DNA of 64,000 nucleotides from Terriglobia bacterium (GCA_963748015.1 CAVVHE010000009.1:1-64000), one strand, 5' to 3'; shown: positions 50,235-59,499, counted from the first letter of the stretch. The notes: generated by a model not told the origin, from the sequence alone. Made by a program: numbers and translations.

Positions 50235-51125
50235 ATGGACTGCCGGGGATTCGACGATCGTCTCGACGCGCTGCTCGACGGCGGCCTCGCCGCCGGGGAG
50301 CGGGCGACGTTCGAGGCGCACGCGGCCGGCTGTCCCCGGTGCGGAAAGCTCCTCTCGCTCCTTTCGGCCGAGCTCGACGTCGACCAGGTGGAAGCGCCCG
50401 AGGGGCTGGCGGAGACGGTGCTGGAGCGCACCAGCGGCGCACCGTGCGCCCGCGCGCAGGAGCTGGCGTGCGACCTTGCGGACGGCGTCCTCGACCCGGC
50501 CGACGCGGAGCTCGCCCGTCTCCACCTCGACCGCTGCCCCGAATGCGGGCCGATCGCGAGGGCGCTGGCGCGCCTTCGGGAAGACCTGCCGGGGCTCGCG
50601 GAAGCGGCTCCCGGCGAGGGATTCGTCGAGAGCGTGCTCGCCCGCACCTCGCGGAGCTGGCCGCGGCGGATGGAGAGGTGGCGCGAGCGCGTCGCCTACG
50701 GCTTCAACCGGCTCCTGACCCGCCCGCGGTTCGCGGCGGAGGGGGCCTATCTCGGCTCGCTCGTGCTCACCGCGCTGGTCGCCGTCCCGGGATCGCCCTT
50801 CCGCGGGCTGCCGGCGCGCGCGCTCGCCGCGACGCGCGTCCCGATCACGGCGCAGGCCTCGGCGCTGGCGGAGCCGGTCGCGGAGCTGAAGGCGCGGGCC
50901 GGGGAGCTAGGCGGCCTCGCGCGCGAATCGTTCGAGAAGCGGCTGGCCGGGCCGGTCCAGACCGTCGAGAAGCAAGCGGACGGGGCGGTCGGCGCGATCC
51001 GGGCGCTCGGAAGCCGGCTCGGCCACCTCGTCGCGAACGCCAGCCCGGACGGCGACACATCTGGAACCGAAACGACGACTCCCTCCCGAGAGGAAGCGAA
51101 AGAAGAGAAGGAGAAGAAACCATGA
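50235..51125 (+). CDS. anti-sigma factor with two zf-HC2 domains and a TM helix
   Basis: HAAGCPRC and HLDRCPEC, each preceded by a Cys; hydrophobic segment follows. Confidence 0.8.
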   Translation: MDCRGFDDRLDALLDGGLAAGERATFEAHAAGCPRCGKLLSLLSAELDVDQVEAPEGLAETVLERTSGAPCARAQELACDLADGVLDPADAELARLHLDRCPECGPIARALARLREDLPGLAEAAPGEGFVESVLARTSRSWPRRMERWRERVAYGFNRLLTRPRFAAEGAYLGSLVLTALVAVPGSPFRGLPARALAATRVPITAQASALAEPVAELKARAGELGGLARESFEKRLAGPVQTVEKQADGAVGAIRALGSRLGHLVANASPDGDTSGTETTTPSREEAKEEKEKKP

Positions 51126-51739
51126 GCGGCTCCCAGTACGACACGATGACCGTGAACGCCGATCCCCAGGCCGTCCCGCCACAGGCGCCGCCGGCCGCGG
51201 TGCGGCAGGCGGCCTGGGTGCAGCCGGCCGCCGCCTTTACCGACCCGCGCAAGAAGTCCCCGGCCCTCGCCTGCATCCTCTCGTTCATGCCGGGCCTCGG
51301 CCAGATCTACGTCGGCTATTACTCGCGAGGGTTCGTCCACGCGATCACCGTGGGAAGCATCATCGCGATCCTGAATGCGACCGAGGGAGCGGCCGACGCC
51401 GGGCCCGGACCGGCGAGCGCGCTCACCCCGCTGCTGGGGATCTTCCTGGCGTTCTTCTGGCTGTACAACATCATCGATGCCGGCAGGCGCGCGGCGCTCT
51501 ACAACTACGCCCTCGCGGGAATCGGGAACGTGGAGCTGCCCGAGGACTTCACCAAGACCGGCGTCGGCGGGTCGATCCTCGGCGGCGTCGTGCTCATCGC
51601 GTTCGGCCTCGTGGCGTTCTCCAATACCCTTTTCGGGGTCTCGCTCGACTGGCTCAAGTACTGGTGGCCGCTGGCCCCGCTCGCGTTCGGCGTCTACCTG
51701 ATCGCGAAGGCGGTCTCCGACCGGAACAAGAAGAGCTGA
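51122..51739 (+). CDS. membrane protein (TM2-like/LiaF-like segments)
   Basis: KKSPALACILSFMPGLGQIYVG, YWWPL; start overlaps anti-sigma stop. Confidence 0.7.
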   Translation: MSGSQYDTMTVNADPQAVPPQAPPAAVRQAAWVQPAAAFTDPRKKSPALACILSFMPGLGQIYVGYYSRGFVHAITVGSIIAILNATEGAADAGPGPASALTPLLGIFLAFFWLYNIIDAGRRAALYNYALAGIGNVELPEDFTKTGVGGSILGGVVLIAFGLVAFSNTLFGVSLDWLKYWWPLAPLAFGVYLIAKAVSDRNKKS

Positions 51740-51799
51740 CCGCGGGCGCCCTCGACCCGCGTTGAGAACGGCGGCGGGTCCCTGTATTCTCGCTCCCCC

Positions 51800-52906
51800 A
51801 TGACGGAGCCGAATGCCGGGACCCCCGCCGAGAAGGTTCGGAGCTATCCCTGCCCCGGGTGCGGCGCGCAGCTCGTCTTCGACCCGCGCGGAGGCAGCCT
51901 GAGCTGCCCGTACTGCGGCCGGGCCGAGCCGATCCCTCAATCCGCCGGCGAGGTCCGCGAGCAGTCGTACGAGGAGTACCTGCGCGTCCGCCCCGAGCGG
52001 ATGGCGGAGCCCGCCCCGGGCGCCCTCGAGGCGAAGTGCCCCGGCTGCGGCGCGACCGTGACGTTCCCCGCCCCGCAGACGGCCGGCGAGTGCCCCTTCT
52101 GCGCCACGGTCATCGTCTCGCAGCCGAAGTCGGCCGAGCCGTGGGTCGCGCCCGAAGGAGTGCTGCCGTTCGGGAACACCAAGCAGCAGGCGACGGGCGC
52201 GATCCGGCAGTGGATCGCGACGCGCTGGTTGGCGCCCAACGCGCTCAAGCGCGTCGCCCGTCAGGAGAAGATCCAGGGCGTGTACCTGCCGTTCTGGACC
52301 TTCGACGCGCACACGGTGAGCCACTACGACGGCGCGCGAGGCGAGCACTACTGGGAGACGCAAACCTACAGGGACAATCGCGGCCGGCGCGGCACCCGCC
52401 GCGTCATGCGGACCCGATGGTACCCGGCGTCGGGCACGGTCGAGCGCTGGTTCGACGACGTCGCCGTTCCCGCGACGGAATCCCTCCCCCGGACGCGCCT
52501 CGAAGCCCTCGAGCCGTGGGACCTCGCCGCGACGAAGCCGTACGATCCCGCGTTCCTCTCCGGCTTCAAGGCGCAACGCTACCAGCTCGACACGGCGGCC
52601 GGGTTCGAGGAAGCGAAGGGGATCATGGGCGAGACGATCCTGCTCGACGTGCGCCGCGACATCGGCGGCGACGAGCAGCGCGTCAGCGAAGTGAAGACCT
52701 CGTACTCGGCGATCACCTACAAGTACCTGCTCCTCCCGGTGTGGATCTCCGCGTACCGCTTCCGCGAGAAGGTGTACCAGGTGATGGTGAACGCCCGCAC
52801 CGGCGAGGTCCAGGGCGACCGCCCCTACAGCCCGTGGAAGGTCGCGGCCGTGATCCTGTTGGCGCTTCTCGCCGCGGGCGCCTTCGCGGTCCTCTCGCAG
52901 CGCTGA
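51800..52906 (+). CDS. zinc-ribbon domain membrane-anchored protein
   Basis: Four CxxC motifs, YLPFWTFD, LLPVW, VNARTGEV, C-terminal TM. Confidence 0.8.
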   Translation: MTEPNAGTPAEKVRSYPCPGCGAQLVFDPRGGSLSCPYCGRAEPIPQSAGEVREQSYEEYLRVRPERMAEPAPGALEAKCPGCGATVTFPAPQTAGECPFCATVIVSQPKSAEPWVAPEGVLPFGNTKQQATGAIRQWIATRWLAPNALKRVARQEKIQGVYLPFWTFDAHTVSHYDGARGEHYWETQTYRDNRGRRGTRRVMRTRWYPASGTVERWFDDVAVPATESLPRTRLEALEPWDLAATKPYDPAFLSGFKAQRYQLDTAAGFEEAKGIMGETILLDVRRDIGGDEQRVSEVKTSYSAITYKYLLLPVWISAYRFREKVYQVMVNARTGEVQGDRPYSPWKVAAVILLALLAAGAFAVLSQR

Positions 52907-52932
52907 CGTTCCCGGCCGGCAACCAAGTCGTC

Positions 52933-52961
52933 TTGACGTCATGACGTCATGGCGTTAGGTT
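52933..52961 (+). promoter_or_regulatory. TA promoter with tandem palindromic operator
   Basis: TTGACG-N17-TAGGTT overlapping TGACGTCA TGACGTCA TGGCGTTA. Confidence 0.65.
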
Positions 52962-52967
52962 GGTTTC

Positions 52968-53201
52968 ATGGGAACCACGCACAAGAGAGCCACGATCTAC
53001 TTCGACTCCCAGATCCATCGGGCACTCCGGCTGAAGGCCGCGGAGAGCGATCGCTCCATCTCCGATCTCGTCAACGAGGCGGTCAAGAGCAGCCTCGCCG
53101 AGGACGCCGACGACCTGGCGGTCTTCGAGCAACGGGCGGCGGAGCCGCGGCTCTCGTTCGAGGTGGTGGTCAAGGACTTGAAGCGGCGTGGCAAGCTATA
53201 G
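52968..53201 (+). CDS. RHH/CopG-family antitoxin
   Basis: KRATIYFD..HRALRLKAA..SISDLVNEAV; overlaps toxin start. Confidence 0.8.
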   Translation: MGTTHKRATIYFDSQIHRALRLKAAESDRSISDLVNEAVKSSLAEDADDLAVFEQRAAEPRLSFEVVVKDLKRRGKL

Positions 53202-53448
53202 GCTGCTCATCACCGCCTCGGCGGCGAAGGAGCTCGAGTCGGTCGAGTCGAAGAAGGACCGTCAGCGCCTCGTCGCCCGCATTCGCTCCCTCGCGACGAG
53301 CCCGCGCCCGCCGGGTTGTCAGAAGATCGCCGGCACGGAGAAGCATCGCACCCGCCAGGGGAACTACCGGATTCTCTATCTGGTGGACGACGGCGACGCG
53401 ACCGTCACGATCGTCAAGATCGGGGATCGCAAGGAAGTCTACCGCTAG
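53188..53448 (+). CDS. RelE/ParE family toxin
   Basis: SAAKEL, PRPPGCQKI, RQGNYRILY, IGDRKEVYR. Confidence 0.9.
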   Translation: MASYRLLITASAAKELESVESKKDRQRLVARIRSLATSPRPPGCQKIAGTEKHRTRQGNYRILYLVDDGDATVTIVKIGDRKEVYR

Positions 53449-53458
53449 CTCGATCGGT

Positions 53459-53743
53459 TCAGCGGCGGGTTGGGCCAGCGGCCTTTCGGGCACAGTATCG
53501 AGGCAGCTCCTCGCGCAAGATACGTCGCAAGGTGTCCTCCAGTCTGTCGTCTTGCGCCGCAATGAACGCCCGAAGCGCCTCGTTGATCGACGTCTGGTAG
53601 CTTCCTCCCCCGGCTTTGTGCACCTGGTCGCGGAACCACTGCAGAACTTCATCGTCGATTCGAATCGTGATTCGAGTCTTGCCGCGGCTGGTCGGGAGGA
53701 CAGCGCCCCGCTTTCCGTGACTGAAGTCGTACTCTTTCTTCAT
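53459..53743 (-). CDS. brnA: BrnA family antitoxin
   Basis: MKKEYDFS, KTRITIRIDDEVLQWFR, YQTSINEALR. Confidence 0.85.
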   Translation of the reverse strand: MKKEYDFSHGKRGAVLPTSRGKTRITIRIDDEVLQWFRDQVHKAGGGSYQTSINEALRAFIAAQDDRLEDTLRRILREELPRYCARKAAGPTRR

Positions 53744-53842
53744 CGCTGTTCCCTTTACCGGCGCCGTTCGCCAACAGGCGAAGTCGATTCCGTGCTTTCG
53801 CCGATTCGCGGCGGCCTTTCGAGGATCCCACTCGAGGCTGAT
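53740..53842 (-). pseudogene. brnT: internally deleted brnT toxin remnant
   Basis: Minus strand reads (ATC)SLEWDPRKAAANRRKHGIDFA, the BrnT N-terminus, then jumps to an ERRR-stop tail; only about 100 bp remain. Confidence 0.8.
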
Positions 53843-53847
53843 GTTCT

Positions 53848-53876
53848 AGTGTATGTACAATTATGCATATTGTCAA
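53848..53876 (-). promoter_or_regulatory. brnTA promoter
   Basis: TTGACA-N17-TACACT with AT-rich quasi-palindromic spacer ATATGCATAATTGTACA. Confidence 0.75.
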
Positions 53877-54019
53877 GACACGAGAAGGCGGGATGCGGCC
53901 ACTGCGACCTTTCGTCCGCGGTTGGAAACTACGACCTCATCCTGAGCTGTAGAGCTGTTTTGGCTTCAAACCTGGTTTCGTAAGAGAAACCGCCGGCATC
54001 CGGGTACGATCCAGGCCGT

Positions 54020-56599
54020 TCACTCCGCCCGGAGCACGTCGATCGGGCGGCGGGAAAGCGCGCCGAGGCTGGCGGCGATTCCGGCGAGCACGGAGAGGGC
54101 GACGGTCGCGCCGAGCGCGATCGCGAAGGCGGCGGGTTGTGACCGCCAGGGCGTGTCCATTCCCTTGGTGAGGACCGCCCAGGCGAGGACGCCGCCGCCC
54201 GCGGCGCCGATCGCTCCCGCGACGAGGCCGATCAGCGCGTACTCGACGGAGAAGACGGCGACGACGCCGCGCCGCGTCATGCCGAGCGTCTTGAGAAGCG
54301 CGACCTCGCGGCCGCGGCGGGCGGACCCGGCGCTGACCGCGCCGGCGAGGATCGCGATCCCGGCCGCCACGGTGAAGCCGCCGAGGAGACGGATGCCGAG
54401 GCCGATGCGCTCGAGGATCGCCGCGATCTTCTCGAGGATCTCGCGGATCTTGATGAGCATGACGTTCGGGTAGGCGGCGGCGAGCCGGTCCTGGATCGCC
54501 TGCTCGCGCCCGGCGGGAAGCTGGGCGGTCGCCACGCGGTTCTGCGGCGCGCTCTCGAGCACGCCGGGCTCGACGACGAGGAAGAAGTTGATCCCGAACG
54601 TCTTCCACTCCACGGTGCGCAGGCTCGTGACCCACACCTCGACCGGCACGCCCTGGACGTCGAAGGTGATCGTCGAGCCGAGCCGCACGCCGAGCTCTCC
54701 CGCGAAGTCGCGCTCGATGCTGACCTCGGGGTGCCCGGGGTCGCTCCAGAGCGAGCCCTCGACGACGACGTTCCCCGCGGGGAGCTTGTCGAGGTAGGTC
54801 AGGCGCTGCTCGCGGGTCAGCGCCCAGCGCCCGTGCCGCTCGCCGCGCCCCTCGCCGCGCCGCTCTTCATGTCGCTCGTCGTGCCGCTCCTCCACGACGG
54901 CCTTCGGGACCGGCTTGCCGTCGAGCGCCACGATGCGGGCGGTCACGACGGGAACCGATTCGATCTGCTCGGCCCCCTGGTCTTCGAGCAGCTTCTTGAT
55001 CCCGGGCCACTGGTCCTTCTGGATGTCGATGAAGAACGCCGTCGGCGCGGCCGTCGGCAGGTCCGCGCGGAGCCGGTCGGAGAGACCGCGCTGCACGAGC
55101 CAGAGGCCGAGGACCACCAGCACGCCTAGCCCCAAGGCCACGATCGCCCCGATCGTCCCCGCCCCGGGGCGCGCGACCGCGGAGAGGCCGTGCCGGATCC
55201 ACACCTTCGCGAATCTCCGCGGCAGCCGTCCCACCGCGCGGGCGAGGAGCGCCGCGGCGAGTGCCAGCGCCGCGGTCGCCGCGACGATCCCGGCGGCGAA
55301 GCCGGCGCCGAAGATCGCCCTGCCGGACTGAATCCACGCGGTCGCGAAGATCCCGGCCAGCACGGCCGCCGCGACCAGCGCGCCCGTCAAGCGGCTCCCG
55401 GCGAGCACGTCGGCGTCGCGGCGCAGCACGCGCGACGGCGGGATGCGGCGCAGCCCGACGAGAGGCGGCAGGCTGAAGAAGAACGCGACCGTGACGCCGA
55501 GCGCGATGCCGCGCGCCGCGGCGAGCGGCTCCCAGGACGACGCGACGTACGACGGCAGCGTTCCCTCGAGCAACAGCGGGAACACGGCCCCGATCGCGGT
55601 CCCGAGGACGGCGCCGCAGAGGCTGCCCGCGAAGCCGAGGAGGATCGTCTGCCCGAGGTAGACGGCCAGGATCTCGCGCGGCCGCATGCCGAGGCATTTC
55701 AGGATCGCGATCGCGTCGAGCCTCCCCGCGATCCACGCGCGAACCGTCTGCGCCACGCCGATCCCGCCGACGAGGAGCGAGAGGAGCGCGACCAGTCCGA
55801 GGAAGCTGGCCGCGCGCCGGAGCCCTTCCCGCAGCTCGGGCCTGGCGTCCGAGTAGGTCTCGACCTCGAAGCGTCCGGTGCCGCCGGCCAGCGCGGAGCG
55901 GATCCGAGTCGCCAGCGCCTCGATCCGAGCCGCCGGCGTCCCCTCCGGCACCTTGACCAGGACGCGGCGGCCGATGCGGCTGCCGAACGCCTCGAGGCCC
56001 GTCCGTTCGAGGCCTTTCATCGAGACGATCACGCGCGGGCCGAGGGTGAAGCCGACGTTCATCCGGTCTGGCTCCGACGCCACCGTCCCTCGGACGCGGA
56101 ACGTCGCGCTTCCGATCTTCAGCTCGCCGCCCACCGCGAGGCCGAGGCGCGAGAGCAGCTCTGGAGCCGCGACCGCCCCTTCGGGATCGAGCAGCTCCTC
56201 GAGCGGCCGCGCGGGCGAGAGATCCAGCGCCCCGTAGAACGGATAGCGCCCGCCGACCGCCTTCAGCTCGACGAGCGCGCTCGGCCCCGGCGCGCCGTCG
56301 GGGCGAACGGCGGCGACGACGCTCGGCAGCTCCCGGATGTCGGCCCGCTCGGCGTCCTCCTCCGCCGCGAGGAGGTCGTCCACCGCTTTCGGGACCTGCT
56401 GGCGTCCCCCGATGCGCAGGTCCGCGGCGAGGAGCTGCCGCGCCTCCCTGCGGATGTTGCGGTCGATGCCGGACGAGAGCCCCGCGACCGCGACGACCGC
56501 CGCGACCCCGACCGCGAGGCACGCGGAGAAGAAGACGAGCCGGCCCCGCGAGCCGCGCGATTCTCGGCGCAGGTGGCGGAGGTACCGCGACCACGTCAT
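54020..56599 (-). CDS. ybbP: ABC transporter permease, YbbP-like
   Basis: Duplicated FtsX domains, AILKCLG, FFIDIQ, INFF; synteny with ybbA/tesA. Confidence 0.85.
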   Translation of the reverse strand: MTWSRYLRHLRRESRGSRGRLVFFSACLAVGVAAVVAVAGLSSGIDRNIRREARQLLAADLRIGGRQQVPKAVDDLLAAEEDAERADIRELPSVVAAVRPDGAPGPSALVELKAVGGRYPFYGALDLSPARPLEELLDPEGAVAAPELLSRLGLAVGGELKIGSATFRVRGTVASEPDRMNVGFTLGPRVIVSMKGLERTGLEAFGSRIGRRVLVKVPEGTPAARIEALATRIRSALAGGTGRFEVETYSDARPELREGLRRAASFLGLVALLSLLVGGIGVAQTVRAWIAGRLDAIAILKCLGMRPREILAVYLGQTILLGFAGSLCGAVLGTAIGAVFPLLLEGTLPSYVASSWEPLAAARGIALGVTVAFFFSLPPLVGLRRIPPSRVLRRDADVLAGSRLTGALVAAAVLAGIFATAWIQSGRAIFGAGFAAGIVAATAALALAAALLARAVGRLPRRFAKVWIRHGLSAVARPGAGTIGAIVALGLGVLVVLGLWLVQRGLSDRLRADLPTAAPTAFFIDIQKDQWPGIKKLLEDQGAEQIESVPVVTARIVALDGKPVPKAVVEERHDERHEERRGEGRGERHGRWALTREQRLTYLDKLPAGNVVVEGSLWSDPGHPEVSIERDFAGELGVRLGSTITFDVQGVPVEVWVTSLRTVEWKTFGINFFLVVEPGVLESAPQNRVATAQLPAGREQAIQDRLAAAYPNVMLIKIREILEKIAAILERIGLGIRLLGGFTVAAGIAILAGAVSAGSARRGREVALLKTLGMTRRGVVAVFSVEYALIGLVAGAIGAAGGGVLAWAVLTKGMDTPWRSQPAAFAIALGATVALSVLAGIAASLGALSRRPIDVLRAE

Positions 56600-57294
56600 G
56601 GGCGGCCCACCCCGGCCTCCTCGCGGTCGATGCGCCCGTCCAGGAGGTGGACCGAGCGGTCCGCGAGGGCGGCGACGGACGGATCATGGGTCACGAGGAC
56701 GAGAGTCGTGCCGGCCTCGCTGCGCAGCCGCGCGAGCAGGTCGAGGACGACGGCGCCCGTGGCGGTGTCGAGGTTCCCCGTCGGCTCGTCGGCGAGGAGG
56801 ATCCTCGGGCGCGGCGCGAAGGCCCGCGCGACGGCGACGCGCTGCTGCTCCCCTCCCGAGAGCTGCGTGGGATAGTGGTGGCCGCGGGCGGCCAGGCCGA
56901 CCTGCGCGAGCAGCTCGTCGGCGCGCTTCTCGGCATCGGGATCGTCGCGAAGCTCCAGGGGCAGGAGGATGTTCTCGCGCGCGGTGAGGTTGTCGAGGAG
57001 CTGGAACGACTGGAAGACGAAGCCGATCGCGGAGCGGCGAAGCAGCGCGAGCGCGTCCTCCGAGAGGTCCTGGATCGGTTTACCCTCGACGAGGACCTGC
57101 CCCTCGGTCGGCCGGTCGAGCCCGGCCATCAGTCCGAGGAGCGTGGACTTGCCGCTCCCGGACGGGCCGACGATCGCCACGAACTCGCCGGGGTTTACGG
57201 CGAGGTCGATCCGGTCCAAGATCGTCAGCATGCGGCCGCCCGAGGGCAGCCGCTTCGTGAGACCGCGAAGCTCGATGCGAGGTGGTGTCGGCAT
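56596..57294 (-). CDS. ybbA: ABC transporter ATP-binding protein, YbbA-like
   Basis: GPSGSGKST, LSGGEQQRVAVARAF, ADEPTGNLD. Confidence 0.88.
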   Translation of the reverse strand: MPTPPRIELRGLTKRLPSGGRMLTILDRIDLAVNPGEFVAIVGPSGSGKSTLLGLMAGLDRPTEGQVLVEGKPIQDLSEDALALLRRSAIGFVFQSFQLLDNLTARENILLPLELRDDPDAEKRADELLAQVGLAARGHHYPTQLSGGEQQRVAVARAFAPRPRILLADEPTGNLDTATGAVVLDLLARLRSEAGTTLVLVTHDPSVAALADRSVHLLDGRIDREEAGVGRP

Positions 57295-57997
57295 GAGGCC
57301 TGTTTACCCCATCCTGGCGTTACTTGCCAGTATCCTGCTTCTCGCGGCCGGGTGCGGGGGCGGGCCCGAAGGACCGGCGGAACCCGCCGCCGCGCCCGAG
57401 ACCCCGCCGCGAGAAGCCCCGGCCCCCGAAGATACGCGCGGCCCCCTCGTCATGTTTCTCGGCGACAGTCTCACCGCGGGTCTCGGTTTGTCGGAGGAGC
57501 AGGCCTTCCCCGCCCTGCTCGAAAGCCGCCTTCGCGCCGAGGGGATACCCGTGCGGGTCGTGAACGCCGGCGTCAGCGGCGACACGACGACGGGCGGCCT
57601 GAGCCGCCTCCCCTGGCTCCTGCAGCAGAACCCCGACGTGCTCGTCGTCGGCCTCGGTGCCAACGACGCGCTGCGCGGGCAGTCCCTCGACGTCATCGAG
57701 GAGAACCTGCGCGCGATCGTCGAGCGCGGCCGGGCCGCGGGAGCCCGCGTCCTCCTCCTCGGCATGCGCGTCCCCACGAATTACGGCCCCGATTACGCCG
57801 AGGGGTTCGCGGCGCTCTACGAGCGCCTGGCGAAAGACCTCGGCGTCGAGCGGGTCCCGTTCCTCCTCGACGGCGTCGGCGGGCACCCCGACCTCAACCA
57901 GGAGGACGGCATCCACCCCACCGCGCGCGGCCACGAGATCCTCGCCGACAACGTCCTCCCCCACCTGAAGCGCGTGCTAGAGAAGCTGCAACGCTGA
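57293..57997 (+). CDS. tesA: GDSL/SGNH arylesterase (TesA-like), probable lipoprotein
   Basis: GDSLTAG, NAGVSGDT, GANDA, DGIHP; LAAGC lipobox. Confidence 0.88.
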   Translation: MRPVYPILALLASILLLAAGCGGGPEGPAEPAAAPETPPREAPAPEDTRGPLVMFLGDSLTAGLGLSEEQAFPALLESRLRAEGIPVRVVNAGVSGDTTTGGLSRLPWLLQQNPDVLVVGLGANDALRGQSLDVIEENLRAIVERGRAAGARVLLLGMRVPTNYGPDYAEGFAALYERLAKDLGVERVPFLLDGVGGHPDLNQEDGIHPTARGHEILADNVLPHLKRVLEKLQR

Positions 57998-58008
57998 CTT
58001 CAACGGTC

Positions 58009-58199
58009 CGCGGCCCTCGCCCGTGGGCACCTCCCGCGGCTCCTGTCCGGAGCGACGGGGACCCTTACACGGCCGCGCGAAGGACCGCGCGCGATGGCGC
58101 TAGGGTCCGCGCCATCGCGCTTGCGCGGTTCGAGCGCGGCCGATGTGGGTCGTCGCGGAGGACCGGAGCCGCGGGAGGTGCCCACGGGCGAGGGCCGCG
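58009..58199. repeat. 191 bp nested fold-back element, same core family as 17059-17258
   Basis: Perfect 35 bp inverted repeat 58009-58043 / 58165-58199; shared core GCGACGGGGACCC..CACGGCCGCGCGAAGG..CCATCGCGCTTGC..CCGATG.GGGTCGTCG. Confidence 0.85.
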
Positions 58200-58224
58200 C
58201 GCCGCGATCGCCAGCGAAGCCCGC

Positions 58225-58599
58225 TCAGTACTTCCCGGCTGGTAGAACCTCGAGCCAGTAGCCGTCCGGGTCCTCGATGAAGTAGATCCCCATCGTGGGG
58301 TTCTCGTAGCAGATGCAGCCCATGGACTCGTGCAGGCGGTGGGCCGCCGCGTAGTCGTCGGTCGTGAACGCGAGGTGGAACTCGTTGTCGCCCAGCTCGT
58401 AGGGATCCTTTCGGTCGCGGAGCCAGGTCAGCTCCAGGCGGTGCGGCGTCGTCCCGTCGCCCAGGTAAACGATGATGAAGCTCCCGTCGGGGGGCGACAT
58501 CCGTCGCGTCTCCGCGAGCCCCAGCGCCTTCCCGTAGAACTCCAGGCTCCTGCCCAGGTCCAGGACGTTGATGTTGTTGTGCGCGAAGACGAATTTCAC
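58225..58599 (-). CDS. VOC/glyoxalase I family protein
   Basis: HNNINV, LELTW, FHLAF, DPDGYWLE. Confidence 0.88.
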   Translation of the reverse strand: MKFVFAHNNINVLDLGRSLEFYGKALGLAETRRMSPPDGSFIIVYLGDGTTPHRLELTWLRDRKDPYELGDNEFHLAFTTDDYAAAHRLHESMGCICYENPTMGIYFIEDPDGYWLEVLPAGKY

Positions 58600-58614
58600 G
58601 GCGGTCCCTCCAGT

Positions 58615-59442
58615 TCACCACGGCCGCGGGCCGCGCAGCTTGCGGAGGCGCATGACCTCCTTCGCGATCTCCTCGATCGCGAGGTACGAGACGTCCACGC
58701 TGTGCCAGCCCTGCTTCTCCATGAGCCGGTTCGCCGCGATGACCTCGTGGGCGATCGCGCGGCGGTCGAGATACTCCTCCTCGCCGCGCATGCCGAGGTC
58801 CTGCGCGCGGGCCTCGCGCACCGCCACGAGCCGGTCCACGTTCACGCGGAGCCCGATCACGCGGTTCGGGGGAAGCCTCAGGAGCTGGGCGGGGGGGTCG
58901 ACGCCGGGGACGATCGGCACGTTGGCCGCGCGGACCCCCTGGAACGCGAGGAAGAAGCAGGTCGAGCTCTTCGAGGAGCGCGAGACGCCCACGATCACGA
59001 CGTCGGCGCGGGAAAGCTCGTGCGGGCGCTGGCCGTCGTCGTGCGTCAGGGCGTAGTCGAAAGCGGTCATCCGGTCGTCGCGGTCCCGCTCGAGGCGCTG
59101 CAGGAGGCCCGGGGTTTCTCCCCGCTTCCGCCTGAACTGGTCGTTGAGGGCCGAGAAGGCGGGGCCGAGAACGTCCACCGTCGGCACGAGGCGGCGCCCC
59201 GAGAGCCTCCGCATCGCCCTGCGCGTCTCCTCGCCGACCAGCGTGTAGAAGACGACCGCCCCGAGCTTCGCGGCCTCGCCGACGAGCTCCTCGACCTCTT
59301 CCGCGGTGCGGACCCCGGCCCTACGCGTCTCCTTGTAGCGCTGCCCCTTGAACTGGACCGCGGCCGCCGAGAGGAGCTGGCTCGCCGTGTCGCCGCGGCC
59401 GTCGGAGACGATCATGATGGTGGGCACTCTCGTTCGCGGCAT
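58615..59442 (-). CDS. ppsR: PEP synthase/PPDK regulatory kinase-pyrophosphorylase (DUF299)
   Basis: VSDGRGDTA, HDDG, GVSRSSKS, ANVP, AIEEIA. Confidence 0.85.
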   Translation of the reverse strand: MPRTRVPTIMIVSDGRGDTASQLLSAAAVQFKGQRYKETRRAGVRTAEEVEELVGEAAKLGAVVFYTLVGEETRRAMRRLSGRRLVPTVDVLGPAFSALNDQFRRKRGETPGLLQRLERDRDDRMTAFDYALTHDDGQRPHELSRADVVIVGVSRSSKSSTCFFLAFQGVRAANVPIVPGVDPPAQLLRLPPNRVIGLRVNVDRLVAVREARAQDLGMRGEEEYLDRRAIAHEVIAANRLMEKQGWHSVDVSYLAIEEIAKEVMRLRKLRGPRPW

Positions 59443-59499
59443 GGGATCACCTTGGTTCGGAGGATCGTCGGCCGCCCGGCGCGCGCGTTCGAGCGGCGC

